Positions 39,152-48,813 of a DNA stretch of 64,000 nucleotides are shown piece by piece (position 1 is the stretch's first letter; the number at the start of each line of letters is the position of its first letter). Below the pieces are notes generated by a model. The model was not told where the DNA came from, searched no databases, and worked only from the letters and a program-made list of their open reading frames with translations. The translations under genes were made by a program, and so were the position numbers. The stretch lies in assembly GCA_038883775.1 (NCBI GenBank), contig JAVZLM010000007.1, positions 46,177 to 110,176 of the forward strand, read 5' to 3'. The DNA comes from Candidatus Bathyarchaeia archaeon. GTDB taxonomy: Archaea; Thermoproteota; Bathyarchaeia; Bathyarchaeales; Bathycorpusculaceae.

Positions 39152-39487
39152 ATGTTCGAGAACATTAATGGAAAGTTGATAGTTTACGCCTCAAATTCCA
39201 CATTTCACGAAAAGCGTATGAGATCCATTAGGGCTGCTGCTGAAAGGATGGCGAAGGTGTTGAAAGTAAATTTTGAAGTCGTAGCTTTAAGGGAGAAGTT
39301 CACGCCTATATATATTTACTACAAAAATGGCGACGAAGAACCAGTTCCAATTTATTGTGATAAGGATGGGAAGGTAGACGAAATGGAGATTTTTAATGCC
39401 TTGAGGAATATGATTTTTGTTTTATCATTTCATCCTAAGTATTCGGGTTTGAGGCGGATAAGGAAAGAGGTTATGTCGTTTTCTTAA
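39152..39487 (+). CDS. hypothetical protein (111 aa)
   Basis: Intact ORF with GGTGA upstream and no family recognised. Its 3' end overlaps the convergent ORF by 17 nt. Confidence 0.5.
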   Translation: MFENINGKLIVYASNSTFHEKRMRSIRAAAERMAKVLKVNFEVVALREKFTPIYIYYKNGDEEPVPIYCDKDGKVDEMEIFNALRNMIFVLSFHPKYSGLRRIRKEVMSFS

Positions 39488-39797
39488 ATCGTATGTTCTG
39501 GTTTTCAAGCCATATTTCGTAAGTTTGATTCACATCAAAGTCTATACCCAAACTCTCGTATTCTTGCTCGGTCAGAAACAATATTATTTTGGGAATGGCG
39601 AATTCTGTTCTTGCTGGAAAAATGGGCAATTGCTGCTGCACCGCTTGAAGAACTTCTTGCACCATTTTAGCCTCTTCGCTTTGCGGTCTAACAACAAAGC
39701 GTGGTATCTCCCGTTCTTCAACTAACTCTATTCGCTTTCCGAGGTTGCCGTCCGGATCTCGGATTGATTCGATTTTATTTACTCTAACGCGGAACAT
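39471..39797 (-). CDS. hypothetical protein (108 aa)
   Basis: ORF 39471..39926 trimmed to the internal Met (MFRVRVNKIES...) because the longer form overlaps the guaA 3' end by 92 nt. Confidence 0.45.
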   Translation of the reverse strand: MFRVRVNKIESIRDPDGNLGKRIELVEEREIPRFVVRPQSEEAKMVQEVLQAVQQQLPIFPARTEFAIPKIILFLTEQEYESLGIDFDVNQTYEIWLENQNIRFKKTT

Positions 39798-39834
39798 GTC
39801 AATCGCAAGAAATAGTGTAGTTTGGCTATTTAGG

Positions 39835-41037
39835 TTATTCCATTTCGATTGTGGCTGGAGGCTTTGGGGTGACATCATAATAAACTGTTGACACATCGCC
39901 GCATTCTTTAAAGACAGCGCCAGCAATCTTGTTCAGTGTAGACCATGGTATTTCAGAAACAGTTGCGGTCAAGAAATCTTCGGTTTGGACAGATCGTATG
40001 CCAACAACATAGGGTTTCTTCTGGGCTAAATCTTTAACTGCATAGAAAACCCGAGCAACGGAAGGATTTTCAGTTATAATTTTCGCTTGGAGAGAAACAA
40101 TTTTCTGAAGGGGCGCCTGATGAACCTTTCCGTTCATTGTTTGAACTCTAATCCCAACAATTTCGCCGTAACGTCGCTTTCCACCCTCCACTCCAGTGGC
40201 TTTATCTCTGAAAACTTTTACATCGACATTTCTTGATGGAACGTTAAGAAGCCTTGCAACAGTTTCTTTTATGCGGTTGACTTCGGAAAGCTTTAACTCC
40301 TCTTCATTGTCGATGATTACGGCAAAATACTGGCTTGGCTTGTGCTGTTCCAATTCGCATTCAACAATTTTTGTAGCTTTCTTCAAAATCTCAAGTTTGT
40401 CACGACGGATTTCCCCAACAACACGAACAGACAAGCCCGGTCCCGGGAATGGTTGTCTTTCGGAAATTTCGGCGGGTAACCCTAAATATCTTGCTACTGC
40501 TCTAACTTGGGGTTTATACAATGTTACGAGGGGTTCGACAATTTTGAAGCCATAATGTTCCATGGGGTTTATTCCCATTTGCTCCAAAACATTATGTTGC
40601 GTTTTTACGCCGCCCACGGTTTCAATAATGTCTGCTTTTATTGTGCCTTGAACGAGAATTTTGCAGCTTTCGTTTTTTGCTGTTTCGCTCAGAACTTGAT
40701 AGAAGGTTTCGCGGAATTTTTTGCGTTTTTCTTCAGCATCCCTTAAACCCTTCATGTTTTGTAGAAAACGTTCACGAACATCCACAACCTTTGTTGGAAC
40801 ATTCAAAGGAGGGTTAGACAAGATTTCTGCCACACGTTCTGGCTCACCTTCCCGCATGAAAGCATCATCAAGGATTACGCAGGAAAGGTTTTCACCTATG
40901 GCTTTATGCGTTAACACAGCACATGTCGAACTGTCAACACCGCCTGAAACAGCAACCAAAGCCTTTTCATTGCCAATCTTTTTTCTAATTTCCTCAATTT
41001 GATTTTTCACAAAATTTTTCGCTTCAAACGACTCCAC
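39835..41037 (-). CDS. guaA: GMP synthase, ATP-pyrophosphatase subunit (subunit B), extended form
   Basis: PP-loop VAVSGGVDSS and the C-terminal YDVTPKPPATIEME. At 400 aa it is longer than the ~310 aa I expect for archaeal subunit B. Confidence 0.88.
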   Translation of the reverse strand: MESFEAKNFVKNQIEEIRKKIGNEKALVAVSGGVDSSTCAVLTHKAIGENLSCVILDDAFMREGEPERVAEILSNPPLNVPTKVVDVRERFLQNMKGLRDAEEKRKKFRETFYQVLSETAKNESCKILVQGTIKADIIETVGGVKTQHNVLEQMGINPMEHYGFKIVEPLVTLYKPQVRAVARYLGLPAEISERQPFPGPGLSVRVVGEIRRDKLEILKKATKIVECELEQHKPSQYFAVIIDNEEELKLSEVNRIKETVARLLNVPSRNVDVKVFRDKATGVEGGKRRYGEIVGIRVQTMNGKVHQAPLQKIVSLQAKIITENPSVARVFYAVKDLAQKKPYVVGIRSVQTEDFLTATVSEIPWSTLNKIAGAVFKECGDVSTVYYDVTPKPPATIEME

Positions 41038-41256
41038 TAAGACACCCCTTTTTATGCTCTAACTTGATTTGCTGTTTCACAATTTATGGTTTACCACAAA
41101 CCAATAAAAAATACTAGATGAAAAAACAAATTTCAAGATTATTATTTAAAAATTGAAGTGTTTTTGGAGAAAAAGAAGCAGCAAATTAAGGTAATAATTC
41201 AAATTAAAGTTTTTGTGCTTCAGAATCTCTATAATAGAAAAATTAGGTGGTTCGAA

Positions 41257-41589
41257 ATGAAAATCGAAGGTGCAAAAGCTTTGGCTGACGCCTTAAAAGA
41301 ATTGAACGAAAGCTATGCGGAACTACTGCAAAACTTGAAAGAAACAACTAAGGAAGCAAAAGCAACAAAAAATTTGTGGCGCAAAGGAAACAGTTCAAAA
41401 CTAATAAAAATCGGTTTAGCCCTAATAGCCTTTCCAGACCCAACAATAAGCGATATAATAGGCTCAGCTTTAGTTGCTGCTGGAATGGTTCAACAAGGAA
41501 TACGCCGCCGCACCATTTATGTTGAGGATGTTTATAAGACATTCCAAAGCACGCTTAAAGAAGTTTGGAATATGAGAGAAAGCCTTTAA
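41257..41589 (+). CDS. hypothetical protein (110 aa)
   Basis: ORF 41158..41589 trimmed to the ATG preceded by AGGTGG. It has a helical N-terminus and one hydrophobic segment (IKIGLALIAFP). Confidence 0.5.
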   Translation: MKIEGAKALADALKELNESYAELLQNLKETTKEAKATKNLWRKGNSSKLIKIGLALIAFPDPTISDIIGSALVAAGMVQQGIRRRTIYVEDVYKTFQSTLKEVWNMRESL

Positions 41590-41658
41590 ATGCGAGTTAA
41601 TAGCCAAATTTTATATTTGCAGCATATTATATGCATAACATGTTTAGGGGGAAATAAA

Positions 41659-41811
41659 GTGAAACTTGTAACAGTATTGTTGCCAGAAGCCTATTTAGAA
41701 GGATTAGATGAGCTTGTTAGGGCGAATATGTATCCAAGCAGAAGCGCAGCCATACGCTCAGCAGTTAGAGATTTGTTGAAGAAAGAATTGTGGGAAAGAA
41801 GAGAAAGATAG
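41659..41811 (+). CDS. ribbon-helix-helix (CopG/Arc/MetJ-like) DNA-binding protein
   Basis: GTG start preceded by GGGGG. (V)KLVTVLLPEAYLEGLDELV...YPSRSAAIRSAVRDLL shows the typical RHH pattern. Confidence 0.65.
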   Translation: MKLVTVLLPEAYLEGLDELVRANMYPSRSAAIRSAVRDLLKKELWERRER

Positions 41812-41869
41812 CATACGCTCACGTTCAAATAGAGTATGATTAAAAAGGATTAGGAGAGGATTAATCCCA

Positions 41870-42802
41870 ATGAAACAGCATATTGTTCCTAAACAATGCC
41901 ACTTGGCATCAACTTTTTCCATTGTAGCTTTCGATCCATCTACCAGAGATTTGGGAGTCGCCGTACAATCACGTTACTTCTCTGTTGGTTCTATTGTTCC
42001 TTGGGCAGAAGCAGACGTTGGAGCAATCGCAACCCAATCTTTTGTTAACGTTTCTTATGGCCCTCGTGGTTTACAGCTTCTTAAACAAGGTCTAACAGTT
42101 GAGGAAGTAATAGATAAACTCACAAGAGATGATGAAGCCAGAGAGTTTCGCCAAGTTGGAATCGTAGACGCTAAGGGTAACGCAGACGCCTTTACAGGAA
42201 AAAACTGTCTAGAATGGGCTGGGAGCAAAATCGGCAAAAACTATGCAGTTCAAGGAAACATTTTAACAAGCGAGGATGTGGTGGCAAGGATGGCGCAAAA
42301 ATTCGAAGAAACTCATGGAGATTTAGCTGATAAACTAATTGCTGCGCTGGAAGGCGGCGAAGAAGCTGGAGGTGACGCAAGAGGAAGACAATCTGCCGCC
42401 TTGCTTGTAGTCAGAAAAAATTGTGGGCGTGCAGGCTATGGCGACCGTTACATTGATTTACGCGTCGAAGACCATCCCAACCCAATTGCAGAATTAAAAC
42501 GCTTGCTTGTTTTACATCGCATTTACTCCTTAATTGACGAGGGCGAAGAAAAATTGGCAAAAGGCGATTTGAAAGCCTCTCTAGCAGTTTTGATGAAAGC
42601 AGTTTCGCTAAACCCAAATGTTGACGATGTATATGTTGATTTGGGCATAGTCTATTTGAGACTTGGAGAGAAGCAAGAAGCAATAAACGCTTTTAAAAAG
42701 GCTTTGCAATTGAATCCGAAAATGAGAAATTTGATAAGACAACTTCCCAAGTTTGGATGGATGGAATCAAACCAAGAAATTTTTAGGGAAATCAGAATTT
42801 AA
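41870..42802 (+). CDS. DUF1028-family (Ntn-hydrolase-like) protein with C-terminal TPR repeats
   Basis: STFSIVAFDPSTRDLGVAVQSRYFSVGSIVPWAEADVGAIATQSF resembles DUF1028. The C-terminus (AVSLNPNVDDVYVDLGIVYLRLGEKQEAINAFKKALQLNP) is TPR-like. Confidence 0.7.
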   Translation: MKQHIVPKQCHLASTFSIVAFDPSTRDLGVAVQSRYFSVGSIVPWAEADVGAIATQSFVNVSYGPRGLQLLKQGLTVEEVIDKLTRDDEAREFRQVGIVDAKGNADAFTGKNCLEWAGSKIGKNYAVQGNILTSEDVVARMAQKFEETHGDLADKLIAALEGGEEAGGDARGRQSAALLVVRKNCGRAGYGDRYIDLRVEDHPNPIAELKRLLVLHRIYSLIDEGEEKLAKGDLKASLAVLMKAVSLNPNVDDVYVDLGIVYLRLGEKQEAINAFKKALQLNPKMRNLIRQLPKFGWMESNQEIFREIRI

Positions 42803-43587
42803 AATTCCAACTTAATTTTGTTTGCTAAATCTCTAATATTCTTTGCCGCTTTTGAAGGATCTTCGGCTTGTGTTATTGCTCTTCCAACAATGAGATAGCG
42901 AGCTCCAGCTTCAATGGCGGCTTTAACATCGCCTCCTTGAGCGCCTATTCCAGGCGAGTATATAGGAACTTTTTCGCCGAGTATGGTGTATACTTCTTTT
43001 ATTTTTTCTGGATGTGTCCCGCCAACCACGGCTCCTTCTGCCTCATGTTTCAAAGCCTTTCTTGCAAACAAGATATATTGCAATATTTTTTTGCCCGTTT
43101 CAGGATCTATTACTGTTTGTCCATAACCTTCAACGGCTCCTTTGTGGCTCATGTAAACTAGAAGGATTACGCCACGCTGCAAATTTCGGGATACATCAAA
43201 AATTGGTTTTAAGCCTTCCTCCCATCCTATAAAGGGATTAGCAATTAAAGCGTCAAATCCAGCGGCATAATAATACTCAGCGATAACCTGATTTGTTGAG
43301 CCTATATCGTTTATTTTGCAGTCCATGATTGTCAAAAGCCCATAATCATGAACTTTTTCTAGGAGCTTTTTAATTCCGTCAAAGGTGCCAAGAGGGAGGA
43401 CCAGATGGTGGTTAAATTTTACAGCACATATATACTCGTGAACACTTTCCAAGACTTTTTCTGCTTTAGAAAATAGTTTCTTACGGTTTTCTGGCTTTTC
43501 GAAGGGAAAATCTAAAGCTAAAACAATGTTGGATCTTCTACTTTTGGCAGTTTGTTCCATCTTGCTTTGGAAAGACATGCGAAACAC
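42799..43587 (-). CDS. pyrF: orotidine 5'-phosphate decarboxylase
   Basis: NIVLALDF, ..VKFN.. and MDCKINDIGSTN blocks. The start may be an internal Met. Confidence 0.85.
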   Translation of the reverse strand: MFRMSFQSKMEQTAKSRRSNIVLALDFPFEKPENRKKLFSKAEKVLESVHEYICAVKFNHHLVLPLGTFDGIKKLLEKVHDYGLLTIMDCKINDIGSTNQVIAEYYYAAGFDALIANPFIGWEEGLKPIFDVSRNLQRGVILLVYMSHKGAVEGYGQTVIDPETGKKILQYILFARKALKHEAEGAVVGGTHPEKIKEVYTILGEKVPIYSPGIGAQGGDVKAAIEAGARYLIVGRAITQAEDPSKAAKNIRDLANKIKLEF

Positions 43588-43593
43588 CGCTTT

Positions 43594-44289
43594 CTATTTA
43601 TGTTTTGAACTAAAAATCTTTACTACTTCGATTTCTCCATGCGCCACCATTTGGATATATGCAAGTGTCGTTTCTACGCACTCTCTCAGCTGGTCTGTCG
43701 TGATTCCAGGAGCCCCATAGCCAATTATAAGCACATTTTTAGTTTGCTCAGTAATTTTTGTATAGTCTGAGTCTCTATGTGGATAAAGGCACAAAATTTG
43801 TTTTCGGTCGGCTAAAACAAGCATTTTATCAGTTAATGCGAGAGGCTTATTCATACCAATTCCAGTGAAAGTTTCGCCATTTCTTGCAAATCGAACTTCA
43901 AATAGCGGGTTTAAGCAGTTTTTATCAAATCCGCTTATGGGAATTATGGCTTTCATAGAAGCCAAATTATAAGCATCTACAACCGTTGAAATACACGGCA
44001 AATCTTCACCATGCAAAACTCGCCTCAGTAAGGCTTCGCCAGAAGGTCTCGTCTTCGTCGGGTCTATATCAAGTTTCCAGTAGAAATCTCTGTAGGCTCT
44101 CACTACAGGATTATCCTTCAACGTTTCAATGTTATATTTGGCTCTAACTTCCTCGTAGGCACTCTTTTTTAGTTTTTTGATTTGCTCGTTCTCCTTTTCC
44201 ACATGTACACCGTTGATTATGCCAATGCATATGGCAAGTTCTGGAAATTTTGATAAGACTTGTGGATCCCAGTTTAGATGGAACTGCAT
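43594..44289 (-). CDS. B3/B4 tRNA-binding domain protein
   Basis: 231 aa. The segment ...RPSGEALLRRVLHGEDLPCISTVVDAYNLASMKAIIPISGFD resembles stand-alone PheRS-beta B3/B4-like domain proteins. Confidence 0.7.
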   Translation of the reverse strand: MQFHLNWDPQVLSKFPELAICIGIINGVHVEKENEQIKKLKKSAYEEVRAKYNIETLKDNPVVRAYRDFYWKLDIDPTKTRPSGEALLRRVLHGEDLPCISTVVDAYNLASMKAIIPISGFDKNCLNPLFEVRFARNGETFTGIGMNKPLALTDKMLVLADRKQILCLYPHRDSDYTKITEQTKNVLIIGYGAPGITTDQLRECVETTLAYIQMVAHGEIEVVKIFSSKHK

Positions 44290-44362
44290 TTTTATATTCC
44301 AACTATTATTTTTAGGCGTCAGATATTTAACAGCTTAATGCAAAAAATTTATTCTTTCAAAA

Positions 44363-45276
44363 TTGCGTGAAACAATGATAGGTGAACTTGCCGCTTTAGG
44401 TGCAGCCTTAACCTGGACATTCTCAGCAGTCCTCTATAAGGAAGCATTGTTAAAAACCAAGCCTATATCAGCGAACATTGTAAGACTTGTATGCATAAGT
44501 GCAATTCTGATTATTTATTTAATGGTTATTGGTAAAATTTCTATTTTAACAACTTTACCGCTTAACGCTGTTTCTGGCATGTCTAAGCGGAATAATTGGT
44601 TTAGGCTTCGGCGACACATTATATATGTATAGCCTAAAACTTATAGGCGTGGCAAAAGCCGTTCCAATAACGTGTATCTATCCACTCTTCAACCTTTTAT
44701 GGAGCATTTTCCTTTTTAGAGGAGTCTATCACCCCCGCCAATAGTTTTTGGAGCACTCATAATCGTTTTTGGAATAGCACTTTTAAGCGGCGAAGAGAAG
44801 AGTGAAAACTCACAGAAAGTGCGTAAAGAAAACTTGGTTAAGGGAGTGATTTCCGCTTTAATTACAGCTTTAATGTGGTCCTTGAGCATAACATTAATAG
44901 ACGTGGCGGTAACGCTTCCAGAAACGAGCAGTTTAGACAACGCCTTGGCAATTAACACCATTAGAACAATGGTAATTGCAGTTTTACTATTGGCTACTTC
45001 ACCAATCATTGATAGAAAATTTGGCCTCTTAAAAATGCAAAGAAAACATTAGCCATGCTCATTTCAGGTGGTATCATAGCCCTCGGTTTAGGATGGTTCT
45101 TCCTTACATACAGCTTCATACACGCTCGAGAAGCCCGTGTGGTCCCAATATCTTCCACCACTCCATTATTTTCAACATTGTCTGCAACAATTCTTCTCCA
45201 TGAAACGGCAACGCCAAAGAACATTGTTGGAGCCATAATAGCTGTCGCAGGAATATTTCATCTTCTGAAAAGGTGA
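44363..45276 (+). pseudogene. EamA/DMT-family transporter, multiply frameshifted
   Basis: One EamA-like protein can be read only by switching frame near 44565..44575, 44713..44717 (T5), 44732..44736 (C5) and 45031..45035 (A5). Track ORFs 44363..44632, 44819..45052 and 45055..45276 are its fragments. Confidence 0.8.
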
Positions 45277-45344
45277 AAAACGGTATAGTTTTATACTTCA
45301 CATTGTTTAAAAGGAAAACTTGGCGGACTGGAAGGTCGTAGGGC

Positions 45345-46112
45345 ATGGCTGTATCTCCAAGCGTTAGAGAAGTTCTTGCAAGGAGAATCGCAGGAGAAAT
45401 AATCCTATCAAACAAGCCAGGCGCCACCATGCGAAAATGGCGGGAACTTTTTGCTGTGTCGCAAACTAGTCTTTCAGATAAGATGGTTATAGCGCCTTCA
45501 GTTATTAGCGATTACGAGAGCGGGAGGCGTGAGAGCCCAGGCACAAAGTTTGTTAGAAGGTTTGTTTGGGCATTATTGAAGATTGACGAAGAACGGGGAA
45601 GCCGTTTCATCCGTGAGTTTGCAAAGCTGACAAGTTCGCCGAGTGTTGCTATACTGGACCTTAGGGAATTTCCCATACCAGTTCGCATTGAATACTTGTG
45701 CAAAGCCATAAAAGGCGAGATAGTCGCATGTGCAAGCACATTTGTTAAAGAGGTTTATGGTTACACTGTTATTGACGAGAAGAGGGCTATTGAAACTCTT
45801 TCGGGCTTGGAGTACTCGCAACTTTTTGGTGCAACAACAGAGCGGGCACTTGTTTTTACAAATATTGGAAATGAGAATTCGCCCATGCTTATTGTGCGTT
45901 TGAACAATTTGAAGCCGCGGGTTGTGGTTTTCCAAGGCGCCAAACCAGACGAACATTCAATTAGACTAGCGGAGTATGACCGCATTCCACTCATATATTC
46001 TAGTTTGCCAACCGTTGAGCAATTGATTAAATCCTTAAGAAAGCTTTATCGGATTGCGCTTCGCAGAAAACTTGGCAAACCAGTTCGGCCGCCCCCAAAA
46101 ATAAGTGCATAA
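45345..46112 (+). CDS. HTH (Cro/C1-like) domain protein, conserved archaeal regulator-like
   Basis: MRKWRELFAVSQTSLSDKMVIAPSVISDYESGRR looks like an XRE-type HTH. About 170 further residues have unknown function. Confidence 0.6.
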   Translation: MAVSPSVREVLARRIAGEIILSNKPGATMRKWRELFAVSQTSLSDKMVIAPSVISDYESGRRESPGTKFVRRFVWALLKIDEERGSRFIREFAKLTSSPSVAILDLREFPIPVRIEYLCKAIKGEIVACASTFVKEVYGYTVIDEKRAIETLSGLEYSQLFGATTERALVFTNIGNENSPMLIVRLNNLKPRVVVFQGAKPDEHSIRLAEYDRIPLIYSSLPTVEQLIKSLRKLYRIALRRKLGKPVRPPPKISA

Positions 46113-46128
46113 TGAGCGCGCATTGTTC

Positions 46129-47040
46129 ATGATTAAGGTTGGCTGTTGCGGCTTTCCCACGTCAATGAAAAAGTATTATGAAAACTTTAACCTTGTAGAG
46201 TTGAACAGCACATTTTATCAATATCCACGCATGGAAACCGTTGAAGGCTGGCGAAAGAAAGCACCAGAAACTTTCGAGTTCACAGTAAAAGCTCATCAAG
46301 ACATAAGCCACAAAGAAAAAATGAAACCCACCGACGCATGTCTTCAAGCTTTCGAAAAAATGAAAAAAATCTGTAAAACTCTAAATTCAAAGATACTGCT
46401 GGTTCAGACACCCGGTTCCTTCAGACCAGAAAAGCTTGATGATGCAGAAAAATTTTTCAAAGAAGCAAATCGCGAAGGCTTGGTTTTAGTTTGGGAGACT
46501 CGTGGACCAGCTTGGGAAACTCCAGAAACATACGAGAGACTTAGGAGGGTTTTAGAGGGGGTTAATGTTTCGCATGTGACTGATCCGTTTAGGGTTATGC
46601 CAGCTTATGTTAGTAAAATAGCTTATTTTAGGCTTCACGGGTTGGGCGAACAAATGTATTATTACCAGTATAGTAATGCAGAGTTGCAAAGGCTGAAGGA
46701 ATCCATTACACCATACGAGAAGAAGAGAAAAGAGGTTTATGTTTTATTCAACAATCTTTCCATGTTTGAAGATGCAATACGCTTCAGAAAATATTTGGCT
46801 GAGGGAAAGTTTCCAAAAGTTACAAGTTTCACTGGTTTACAAGCATTAAGAGAAGTTTTAGCAAGGACACGTTATCCCATTTCAAAAAGCATGTTGATTA
46901 AGAAAGTGGGATGGAGGCTTGTGGAATTTGATGAGGGAAAACAGGAAAGGCTTGAAGCTTTTTTGGTTGATTTGCCTTCTAAGACATACAAAAATGTGGA
47001 AGAGCTTCTTAATGAAATAAAAGCCGTCAAGAAGATTTGA
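46129..47040 (+). CDS. DUF72-family protein
   Basis: MIKVGCCGFP...YYENFNLVELNSTFY is typical of DUF72. The ORF extends to 46105, but the internal ATG fits the family N-terminus. Confidence 0.75.
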   Translation: MIKVGCCGFPTSMKKYYENFNLVELNSTFYQYPRMETVEGWRKKAPETFEFTVKAHQDISHKEKMKPTDACLQAFEKMKKICKTLNSKILLVQTPGSFRPEKLDDAEKFFKEANREGLVLVWETRGPAWETPETYERLRRVLEGVNVSHVTDPFRVMPAYVSKIAYFRLHGLGEQMYYYQYSNAELQRLKESITPYEKKRKEVYVLFNNLSMFEDAIRFRKYLAEGKFPKVTSFTGLQALREVLARTRYPISKSMLIKKVGWRLVEFDEGKQERLEAFLVDLPSKTYKNVEELLNEIKAVKKI

Positions 47041-47656
47041 TTAACTCCCTTTTTTCGAGTTCACTCTTCAATTTTTGGAAATCGTTAGTTAGTTCTTTTT
47101 TGTATTTGGCGCTGTAAAGGGCTGCAGCTGGATGAAAAGTTGGAAAAATTGTTAGACGCATGTTTAAAAGTGATGCTTCGTAGGTTTTTCCATGTGCTTG
47201 TGTGATGCTGCTTAGGAACAAGCTAGCCTTTGAGAAGATATATGCAGTGGAATGATTCCCAAGAGTAACAATAAATTCGGGTTGAATCGCCAAAATCTGC
47301 CTATCCAAATAAGGTGTGCATGTTTGAATTTCTTTTGGCGTTGGTTCACGGTTTCTTGGCGGTCTACATTTTAGGATGTTGGCTATGAAAACATCCCCTC
47401 TCGAAAAGTCTAAATTGGCTAATAATGTGTCAAGAAATTTTCCAGCAGCACCTACGAAGGGTCTTCCTTGAACGTCTTCCCAATAACCAGGCGCCTCACC
47501 AATAAACATTATTTTTGCATTCGGGTTGCCTTCGCCTGGAACAGCATTTTTACGAGTTTTATGTAAATTGCATTTTTTACAATCCAAGATTTCCATTGCT
47601 ATTATTTCTAGCTGGTCTTTTTTGGTTAACATGATGTTGCTGACCTCCTTTTTCAT
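47027..47656 (-). CDS. udg: uracil-DNA glycosylase, family 4
   Basis: CKKCNLHKTRKNAVPGEGNPNAKIMFIGEAPGYWEDVQGRPFVGAAGKFLD and HPAAALY motifs. Confidence 0.9.
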   Translation of the reverse strand: MKKEVSNIMLTKKDQLEIIAMEILDCKKCNLHKTRKNAVPGEGNPNAKIMFIGEAPGYWEDVQGRPFVGAAGKFLDTLLANLDFSRGDVFIANILKCRPPRNREPTPKEIQTCTPYLDRQILAIQPEFIVTLGNHSTAYIFSKASLFLSSITQAHGKTYEASLLNMRLTIFPTFHPAAALYSAKYKKELTNDFQKLKSELEKRELIKSS

Positions 47657-47853
47657 ATGTCTTATGGATCATGTGAATTTAAATTTGGTCGCGGTTGTAG
47701 CAACTAAGAACCCTAACAGGATAATCGTCAAAAATCTAGGTAGGAAGGTTTAGAAAATACTAAATTGGAACTTCACCACCAACAAGATTAACATGAAAAA
47801 ACCTAGAGGGTAGGGTCCGTATTGGTTGTTTTTAAATCCAAAAGTATGTTGTT

Positions 47854-48813
47854 TCAGCGCAGTTGTCTATTTAATGCCTCTTTAAGTGCTGGCAATATTT
47901 GGTATAAGTCGCCTACAACGCCATAGTCTGCAACCTCAAATATGGGCGCATTCTCATCCTTGTTAATAGCCACTATCACCTTTGCGTCTCGGATTCCGGC
48001 TACGTGCTGTATTACGCCAGAAATTCCGCATGCGATGTAAAGTTTCGGTTTAACTTTATGCCCTGACAATCCAACCCACTCTGTAAACCATTTTCTATCT
48101 TCGGCCAAAGGTCTCGTGTTGCCCACTTGCCCGTTGAGGATTTTTGCCAATTCTTCCAGCAAGGCTGTGTCTTCTTTCTTTTCTAATCCCCTTCCGCAAC
48201 TGACTATTACGTCAGCATCCTCAATTCTTACAGCAGAAATTCCGAGAGGTTTAGTTTCGATGATTTCTGTTTTTGGCGCTTCAATTTTTGCTTCGAAATT
48301 TATTATTTGCCCGCTGCGGTCTTTTGGTTGAGGCTTTTCAAAGGTTCTTTGAGGTATTGTTGCTATTTGCGGTTTCGTTTTGTAGGTTAATTTTGCAGTG
48401 GCGTTTCCGCCGTAGGTTATTCTTTCGCATACAAGTCTTCCCTGTTCGTCAACACCTAGCCTATTGCAGTCTGGGATGCATCCAGTTTGGAGACGGGTTG
48501 CGAGTCTGGCTGCCAACGGTTTTCCATTTCTTGTGGAGCCAATTAACACTACTTCTGGTTTGTAGTTTACCACTAAACTATAAAGAATGCTGAGGTATGG
48601 TTCTGTTTGAAAATGGGTTAAGGTTTGATTTTCCACTACGAAAACTTTGTCCGCCCCATAGTTTATTAGCGCCTTTGCCTTTTCTTGAACACCATATCCG
48701 ATCACAACAGCCGCCAATTCCTTTTGCAATTTATCCGCTATTTCTCTCCCTTTCCCGAGCATCTCCAGAGTCAAATCGTGCTTTTCAGAATAAACCAGAA
48801 TCATGCCCTTCAC
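47854..48813 (-). CDS. etfA: electron transfer flavoprotein, alpha subunit
   Basis: C-terminal FAD-binding region ...LYIACGISGVIQHVAGI..AKVIVAINKDENAPIF. Start is GTG at 48813 overlapping the etfB stop, or ATG at 48804. Confidence 0.88.
   Translation of the reverse strand: MKGMILVYSEKHDLTLEMLGKGREIADKLQKELAAVVIGYGVQEKAKALINYGADKVFVVENQTLTHFQTEPYLSILYSLVVNYKPEVVLIGSTRNGKPLAARLATRLQTGCIPDCNRLGVDEQGRLVCERITYGGNATAKLTYKTKPQIATIPQRTFEKPQPKDRSGQIINFEAKIEAPKTEIIETKPLGISAVRIEDADVIVSCGRGLEKKEDTALLEELAKILNGQVGNTRPLAEDRKWFTEWVGLSGHKVKPKLYIACGISGVIQHVAGIRDAKVIVAINKDENAPIFEVADYGVVGDLYQILPALKEALNRQLR

Noticed and set aside
41659-41811. RHH protein as the antitoxin of a toxin-antitoxin pair
   Set aside because: No adjacent PIN, RelE, MazF, HicA or Doc-like toxin ORF is present. 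The flanking genes do not resemble toxins.
47657-47853. 197-nt gap between udg and etfA examined for tRNA or sRNA
   Set aside because: I could find no cloverleaf-compatible stems, no T-loop GTTC(G/A)A(A/T)TC and no C/D or H/ACA boxes. It is most likely promoter/terminator spacer. The track ORF 47526..47753 mostly overlaps udg antisense.
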